A stretch of DNA of 64,000 nt from Candidatus Omnitrophota bacterium. GTDB lineage: Bacteria > Omnitrophota > Gorgyraeia > JAHJTE01. Numbering within the stretch: position 1 is the first letter of the stretch; every line of letters begins with the position of its first letter. The stretch spans positions 6,736-70,735 of the forward strand of contig JBFMEB010000008.1 of NCBI GenBank assembly GCA_040753675.1. Reading direction: 5' to 3'. Both the position numbers and the translations under genes were made by a program. This document shows positions 63,001 through 64,000 of the stretch, piece by piece. The notes beneath the pieces are model-generated. The model worked only from the letters and a program-made list of their open reading frames with translations. It was not told the DNA's origin and did no database searches.

Positions 63001-64000
63001 ATTAAATCGTTTCGGACTTTATATCCGCCGGCTTCTTGAGGAAATCCTGACGCATCACCAGGGGATCGACTGTGATGTGATGGAAAAAATTTACCGATAC
63101 ACTCTTCGTGTTTGGCTGATGAGAGGTATTTATGATGCTGTAACTGATAAAAAAATTATTCCCGAATTTACAGCCGAAGAATTAACTAACGCTGCAAAAC
63201 AGGCGCGTCACAACGGAGCATTTCGATACTTGGCCAGTGAGGTAGCCCTTCTTCACATGCTGAAAGATTTGCATCAGACCATGTTTGATCCGGAATTTCA
63301 GCCGCTGAAGAAAAATGTGTCGCCTGGCGTAGATAAAATCACTGAGAGTGCAACAAACCTCTATTTTGGCGTAACAGAGGCGGAAGTCGCGTCATTCAAA
63401 CCGCGGTACGCTCTCAATAGCCGTCTTATAAAGTTGTACGGAGAATTGGTTGAGCAAGTTTACCGCGCCGGAGACAGAAAACGTAAAATTCCACCGGGAC
63501 TCTACGTAGATAAAATTACTCTAATCATTGAACATCTTCGCCGGGCAATCCCTTATGCCGAAGCCCCTCAAGCGCAGGCGCTGCGACAGCTCATTCGATA
63601 TTTTCAAACTGGAGAAGAAGAAGATTTTGAACGCTACAATGAGGCGTGGGTGAGAGATGGGGCAGTCGTGGATATTGCGGTTGGCCCTATTGAGGTCTAT
63701 GACGACCCCCTGGCTCAAAAAGGAAGTTTCATGGGAATTGTAAACTTTCTCGATCCGCACATGCAAAAAATAACTTCTTCTTTGCAAGGCCTCGGTCTTT
63801 ATCTGGAGCAATCTGCTCCGTGGGATGATATCTACAAAAAGGCTGAAGTAAATCTTCCGACGATTAGGTTTGTCCAGGACCTCATCAGGACAGGGTTATG
63901 GGGAGGGGTTATCCATCTTGCCGGCGAAAATCTTCCTGATAATCCCCGGTGGCGGGAAAGATACGGCTCTAAGAATACGATTATTCAGAATATTGTTCCC
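2..64000 (+). CDS. Giant multidomain membrane-associated protein, internal fragment of at least 21,333 aa (open at both window ends)
   Basis: Frame +2 translates from NDWAAAVKVD at position 2 to YGSKNTIIQNIVP at 64000, and every recognisable domain lies in this frame. I met no stop in any stretch I translated. The ORF track lists no frame +2 ORF (all seven + ORFs are frame +3), as expected if the frame never closes. Confidence 0.95.
220..570 (+). other. Domain of giant ORF: Ig-like, possibly carbohydrate-binding beta-sandwich
   Basis: WFEIPMK...YRFRGILP...FTYRCSLDGGRTWFWLNKGPQDN, an aromatic-rich beta pattern. Confidence 0.35.
1535..2120 (+). other. Domain of giant ORF: protein kinase-like fold 1
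   Basis: GAGQNKNIY Gly loop, REFVEG hinge, DYKPANIV catalytic loop (D at 2006), KIVDLD (D at 2072). Confidence 0.7.
2207..2551 (+). repeat. RGPP/HE spacer module copy 1 (about 115 aa)
   Basis: AREPIDAS...FGGIE...GVQFTRGPPELGVANH...SHEIFAVLNPEVTHQQNPIRL. Colinear with 6203..6547, with a 59-nt identical block at 2309..2367 = 6305..6363. Confidence 0.92.
2546..3472 (+). other. Domain of giant ORF: degenerate GAPDH-like (pseudoenzyme)
   Basis: RLAINNPG, DLPWKSLDVDVVLEA, HINQGAKRVLV, IVSSD and WHNEHTGFS are recognisable. The GxGxxG and SCTTNC motifs are absent. Confidence 0.75.
3650..4882 (+). other. gap: Domain of giant ORF: glyceraldehyde-3-phosphate dehydrogenase (type I)
   Basis: GINGPGRTGR, LECTG, VIISAP, NASCTTNC (4304..4327), HAYT, PGSTGAA, WYDNETGFS (4817); about 80-aa insertion in the NAD domain. 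Confidence 0.92.
4892..6130 (+). other. pgk: Domain of giant ORF: phosphoglycerate kinase, circularly permuted
   Basis: The C-terminal motifs DIGP (4910), WNGPLG, GGGDT, HVSTGGGAFLE and LPGLKAL come first. The N-terminal motifs RADFNVP (5300), THLGRP, LLENSRF, YVNDAFAVNHRAHSS, GGKVADK and KIILPID (6038) follow. Confidence 0.92.
6203..6547 (+). repeat. RGPP/HE spacer module copy 2
   Basis: AREPRDAS...GVQFIRGPPELGVANH...SHEINAVLNPELTHEENPIRL. Offset from copy 1 is 3996 nt (1332 codons). Confidence 0.92.
6632..8120 (+). other. eno: Domain of giant ORF: divergent enolase
   Basis: EGGKH, PQE, YGAESG, ALDIASSE (7541), ISCED, MSDD, LQKANQ and FSHRG (7931) occur in enolase order. Confidence 0.8.
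8252..8770 (+). other. Domain of giant ORF: internally deleted, degenerate ApgM-type phosphoglycerate mutase copy
   Basis: AHPNLD, GMDVISFAG, PILIYS and EGSLG match the adjacent copy. The DGLGD, PGS and DHSTP motifs are lost. Confidence 0.75.
8855..10018 (+). other. apgM: Domain of giant ORF: cofactor-independent phosphoglycerate mutase (ApgM family)
   Basis: MDGLGD (8873), TPGSGPGH (9002), GRGPVDALG, DRRAGR, HIKKTDSYGEDG, TADHSTP (9821), HSFHPVP. Confidence 0.92.
10820..11900 (+). other. Domain of giant ORF: class I SAM-dependent methyltransferase-like (MidA/NDUFAF7-like)
   Basis: VHEWGAGDG, YYLIDYS, IQADAL, RANLLLNSLP. Confidence 0.6.
13770..15175 (+). other. Domain of giant ORF: third, highly divergent GAPDH-like domain
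   Basis: DGTGRIGR (13781), TSCSTNG (14615), HMYT, PKSTGAA, RTPV, GYDNEMSFS. Confidence 0.75.
15860..16215 (+). other. Domain of giant ORF: Fic/Fido-like with altered catalytic motif
   Basis: DPFEAASYVF...EPVFSDGQLRIAYFIMNYVLIKAGFKPF (16079..) compared with canonical HPFxDGNGR. Confidence 0.65.
16850..17620 (+). other. Domain of giant ORF: CCA-adding/poly(A) polymerase-like nucleotidyltransferase
   Basis: VFAGGSVRD (16913..16939), NDIDF, LNRIAMD, GLFDFLRGKI, VRALR. Confidence 0.7.
18400..18620 (+). other. Domain of giant ORF: zincin-like metallopeptidase motif
   Basis: TFIHEGVHF (HEXXH at 18521..18535) followed by DEVIAE. Confidence 0.55.
18930..21490 (+). other. Domain of giant ORF: helical N-domain, long coiled coil and VWA domain
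   Basis: Q/E/K-rich heptads at about 19700..20690; VCLVIDTSGSMG (MIDAS at 20936..20950), GSLTTD, IFGMTDS. Confidence 0.8.
21900..23800 (+). other. Domain of giant ORF: two tandem MoxR/dynein-related AAA+ ATPase modules
   Basis: Module 1 has GPAGTGKN (22001), IADEYNK, AHPEFKFIALANP and WGRL. Module 2 has GPTGSAKT (23087), FVDEMDK, FIGAANP and FDRF. Confidence 0.88.
24455..25050 (+). repeat. EETSH spacer module copy 1 (about 200 aa)
   Basis: LP.P...DL.E.LKLLK...LYLLLVEETSHLLLPFETDNLTIELATFLNMA...YL.ILGLL, with a 78-nt identical block at 24695..24772 = 26669..26746. Confidence 0.92.
25180..26250 (+). other. Domain of giant ORF: probable beta-propeller repeat domain
   Basis: Recurring units GDTIPGI, VLAGVKKPI, GEIIPGIKNPI, GIFGIKEKV and GRTIPGIAGKI, most followed by P.IS-type strands. 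Confidence 0.5.
26396..27005 (+). repeat. EETSH spacer module copy 2
   Basis: Colinear with 24455..25050; core offset 1974 nt (658 codons). Confidence 0.92.
27110..28200 (+). other. Domain of giant ORF: TPR-like helical repeats
   Basis: Repeated AL..IA..L.KAG...A units, e.g. KAKALVTIAVELNKAG, EAFTAIASELTKAG, AIALADLAYEFARSG. Confidence 0.75.
28960..30078 (+). repeat. Tandem duplicated multi-pass membrane unit (2 x 190 aa)
   Basis: YILAAVCLGLLW (28970) and YILGASCIGLAW (29540); shared AKD..YF, TSL.FL.A.LSVTA..GFGVA..ISKLLR and KFI.RL; period 570 nt. Confidence 0.85.
30594..30681. repeat. MITE/REP-like element with 14-bp perfect terminal inverted repeats
   Basis: gccccgttagaaag (30594..30607) and ctttctaacggggc (30668..30681). 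Confidence 0.8.
30685..30759. repeat. Second palindromic element type (13-bp imperfect terminal inverted repeat, central 12-bp palindrome)
   Basis: tcccgaacgaagt and acttcattcggga (1 mismatch); tcgggatcccga at 30717..30728; internal agtgac/gtcact hairpin. Confidence 0.7.
30891..30937. repeat. Shorter second copy of the ccccgttagaaa element
   Basis: ccccgttagaaat ... atttctaatgggg (1 mismatch). Confidence 0.75.
31360..31570 (+). other. porD: Domain of giant ORF: 2-oxoacid:ferredoxin oxidoreductase delta (2x[4Fe-4S]), unit 1
   Basis: YRKGDW, CDNCDYCVAACPD (31418), CSECEMCARACP. Confidence 0.88.
32207..33330 (+). other. porB: Domain of giant ORF: oxidoreductase beta (TPP-binding), unit 1
   Basis: LCQGCP, NTGC, SGEGGTVDIG (GEGG rather than GDGG, 32519), DNEAYMNTG, FCP, EGRFSHL. 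Confidence 0.88.
33545..34130 (+). other. porG: Domain of giant ORF: oxidoreductase gamma, unit 1
   Basis: IRWHSFAGQGA, FGPERRGAP, GLKPGGILIVNT, NMRAFERA. Confidence 0.88.
34205..35295 (+). other. porA: Domain of giant ORF: oxidoreductase alpha, unit 1
   Basis: LTGNEA, VYPITPST (34274), EAEDSA, TASQGL, RDSGWIQ, DGFAISH, LGLGGR. Confidence 0.88.
35620..36175 (+). other. Spacer module between the oxidoreductase units, with HExxE...H and RGPP motifs
   Basis: AILHERIE (35972), QQIHQRV, LTRGPP (RGPP at 36155..36166). Confidence 0.55.
36755..36980 (+). other. porD: Domain of giant ORF: oxidoreductase delta, unit 2
   Basis: CVNCQHCVTRCPD (36812), HCKGCSICVGAC. Confidence 0.88.
37751..38690 (+). 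other. porB: Domain of giant ORF: oxidoreductase beta, unit 2
   Basis: GHGLCRGC, ATGCLEV, AGDGGTADIG (GDGG at 38090), NNEAYMNTGIQ, QGRL. Confidence 0.9.
39167..39740 (+). other. porG: Domain of giant ORF: oxidoreductase gamma, unit 2
   Basis: YSRGGKGAV, FPKFGPERQGAPI, VVNT, PNMVVLG. Confidence 0.88.
39812..41010 (+). other. porA: Domain of giant ORF: oxidoreductase alpha, unit 2
   Basis: MTGCGA, GYPITPNT (39887), DSEHSA (39977), HSD, RDTGFIQ, MDGFYLTH, GLGGRD. Confidence 0.9.
41825..43140 (+). other. Domain of giant ORF: possible GT-B glycosyltransferase-like (remote EarP-like)
   Basis: N-terminal GMGDLAF...AQAL and C-terminal FNELFLISD...LITGQDNL loosely resemble EarP motifs. Confidence 0.3.
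43290..43640 (+). other. Domain of giant ORF: GNAT acetyltransferase
   Basis: DGKVVG, VDEQLRRKGVGRALL, EDNERMLNLAFQIGF. Confidence 0.8.
43930..44780 (+). other. Domain of giant ORF: sensor histidine kinase core (H-box and HATPase)
   Basis: IHDLR (H at 43940), NLVMNAVDA (44495), VSDSGKGM, SLGFEFVK, GG...SKLGRGT. Confidence 0.82.
45434..45840 (+). repeat. RGPP/HE spacer module copy 3 (divergent, RAP variant)
   Basis: DRSSQG...FGGIE...GIHFARAP (45689)...IILP...AHEIQAVLIPDLTHEEN. Confidence 0.75.
46040..47240 (+). other. Domain of giant ORF: acyl-CoA dehydrogenase
   Basis: ATEPDAGSD (46448), KIFIS, EHKLGQRAS, GRIGIAA, QRRQF, QIHGGYGYMKEYPAERLLRDA, YEGTSQIQ (E at 47192). Confidence 0.93.
48758..48779. 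repeat. Small GC-rich hairpin (tccgcca/tggcgga) followed by gatt(a/t)gcgc(g/a)gat repeats
   Basis: 7-bp perfect inverted repeat with 8-nt loop; gattagcgcggat and gatttgcgcagat follow within 40 nt. Confidence 0.45.
49380..50570 (+). other. Domain of giant ORF: degenerate class II fructose-1,6-bisphosphatase (GlpX-like)
   Basis: AAFAAW, TEEG, VIDPVD (49640), SAP...FMNR, LRTRH, FNDGDV and GAGGTTE occur in GlpX order. Confidence 0.65.
51250..52803 (+). other. prs: Domain of giant ORF: ribose-phosphate pyrophosphokinase-like, preceded by an extra N-terminal half-domain
   Basis: YPDGE (51359) in the first half-copy; GYARGDK (52118), NIH, KTR, VDDIISTGGT (52577) and STDTI..SKVSVA in the second. 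Confidence 0.8.
54665..55400 (+). other. Domain of giant ORF: Ser/Thr protein kinase-like fold 2
   Basis: VLGYGYEAKVF, FALKV, LMEYAEG, YHGDLMSRHI (H at 55037), KLVDP, DILNIG. Confidence 0.8.
55898..56910 (+). other. Domain of giant ORF: glycosyltransferase family 9 (heptosyltransferase-like)
   Basis: AGD...LRQRYPDAKI, KNWPLSNW, IGGDSFPAHLASALG, LYGPT, CISYISASEV. Confidence 0.85.
58391..58945 (+). other. Domain of giant ORF: HAD-superfamily phosphatase (YihX-like)
   Basis: IIFDLGGV (D at 58409), IISN, SYELKMRKPD, VFFDDTKEN. Confidence 0.88.
59815..60320 (+). other. Domain of giant ORF: class I SAM-dependent methyltransferase-like (TrmB-like)
   Basis: LVELGSGN (E at 59831), LANL...RAE, SIDYLLIVNPE. 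Confidence 0.6.
61988..62026 (+). repeat. Left copy of the imperfect 39-nt direct repeat flanking the nested TA operon
   Basis: GFENISGILGSLG versus GFGNISGIFGSFG at 62747..62785; 30/39 nt identical. Confidence 0.7.
62044..62460 (-). CDS. PIN-domain (VapC-like) putative toxin, 138 aa, nested antisense in the giant ORF
   Basis: IVIDSN, VFEEV, SDAFIAA and LVTENRHF PIN motifs; TTG start with GGAGG 8 nt upstream; tandem TAA TAA stops. Confidence 0.88.
   Translation of the reverse strand: MLIVIDSNEYIFAFGHVEKSATRALFDKLLTRPQTHNLRIPRTVFEEVKRNLSPEAFREFNAFICDLTNVDEDISVPFELGVKYEYLGLKSSDAFIAAYTDWVGADALVTENRHFLSRKENLPFKVVNAERCLRMLFK
62444..62608 (-). CDS. Small basic protein, 54 aa, putative antitoxin (below the ORF-track cutoff)
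   Basis: MRKNIKEAKKRLARLREIIAKNPPPIFKMSKEEVIKTLRKTRERLWREKLAYRH; ATG with GAGGTGA RBS; overlaps the PIN start by 17 nt. Confidence 0.78.
   Translation of the reverse strand: MRKNIKEAKKRLARLREIIAKNPPPIFKMSKEEVIKTLRKTRERLWREKLAYRH
62615..62622 (-). promoter_or_regulatory. Shine-Dalgarno sequence of the putative antitoxin
   Basis: AGAGGTGA 6 nt upstream of the ATG at 62608. Confidence 0.75.
62630..62658 (-). promoter_or_regulatory. Sigma70-type promoter for the nested TA operon
   Basis: Perfect TTGACA (62653..62658), 17-nt spacer ending in TGG (extended -10), TATGGT (62630..62635). Confidence 0.72.
62747..62785 (+). repeat. Right copy of the imperfect 39-nt direct repeat flanking the nested TA operon
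   Basis: Matches 61988..62026; offset 759 nt (253 codons). Confidence 0.7.
62855..64000 (+). other. Domain of giant ORF: peptidase M49 (dipeptidyl peptidase III), running past the window end
   Basis: GFETLTPKQRILAYHLSQA, GPIEVYDDPLAQKGSF, GENLPD...YGSKN. The HEXXGH zinc motif would lie beyond 64000. Confidence 0.8.

Noticed and set aside
2-64000. Alternative genetic code or stop-codon readthrough as the reason no long ORFs were called
   Set aside because: I found no TAA, TAG or TGA in frame +2 that would need recoding, and the nested genes end in ordinary TAA and TGA stops.
2-64000. An ordinary operon of separate gap, pgk, eno, por and other genes
   Set aside because: All domains share one frame with no stops between them at the junctions I translated.

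Overview
The whole window is the interior of one giant + strand reading frame: frame +2, positions 2..64000, at least 21,333 codons, with start and stop outside the window. The ORF track misses it because it has no stop codon. Almost all listed ORFs are shadows of it. The encoded protein is a membrane-punctuated concatenation of dozens of domains. Metabolic domains include three GAPDH-like domains, a circularly permuted PGK, enolase, two ApgM mutase copies, two fused delta-beta-gamma-alpha 2-oxoacid:ferredoxin oxidoreductase units, acyl-CoA dehydrogenase, GlpX-like and PRPP synthetase domains. Other domains include two kinase-like folds, Fic-like, CCA/poly(A) polymerase-like, VWA plus tandem AAA+, methyltransferases, GNAT, histidine kinase, GT9, HAD and M49 peptidase. 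Repeated RGPP and zincin-like spacer modules separate them. This architecture resembles the giant proteins described in Omnitrophota, but taxonomy cannot be proven from this window. The most striking extras are a complete antisense PIN toxin/putative antitoxin operon with its own promoter and RBSs nested inside the giant ORF (62044..62658), palindromic MITE/REP-like elements read through in frame (30594..30937), and in-frame direct repeats that bracket domain cassettes. All domain calls come from manual translation and motif recognition, and boundaries are approximate.
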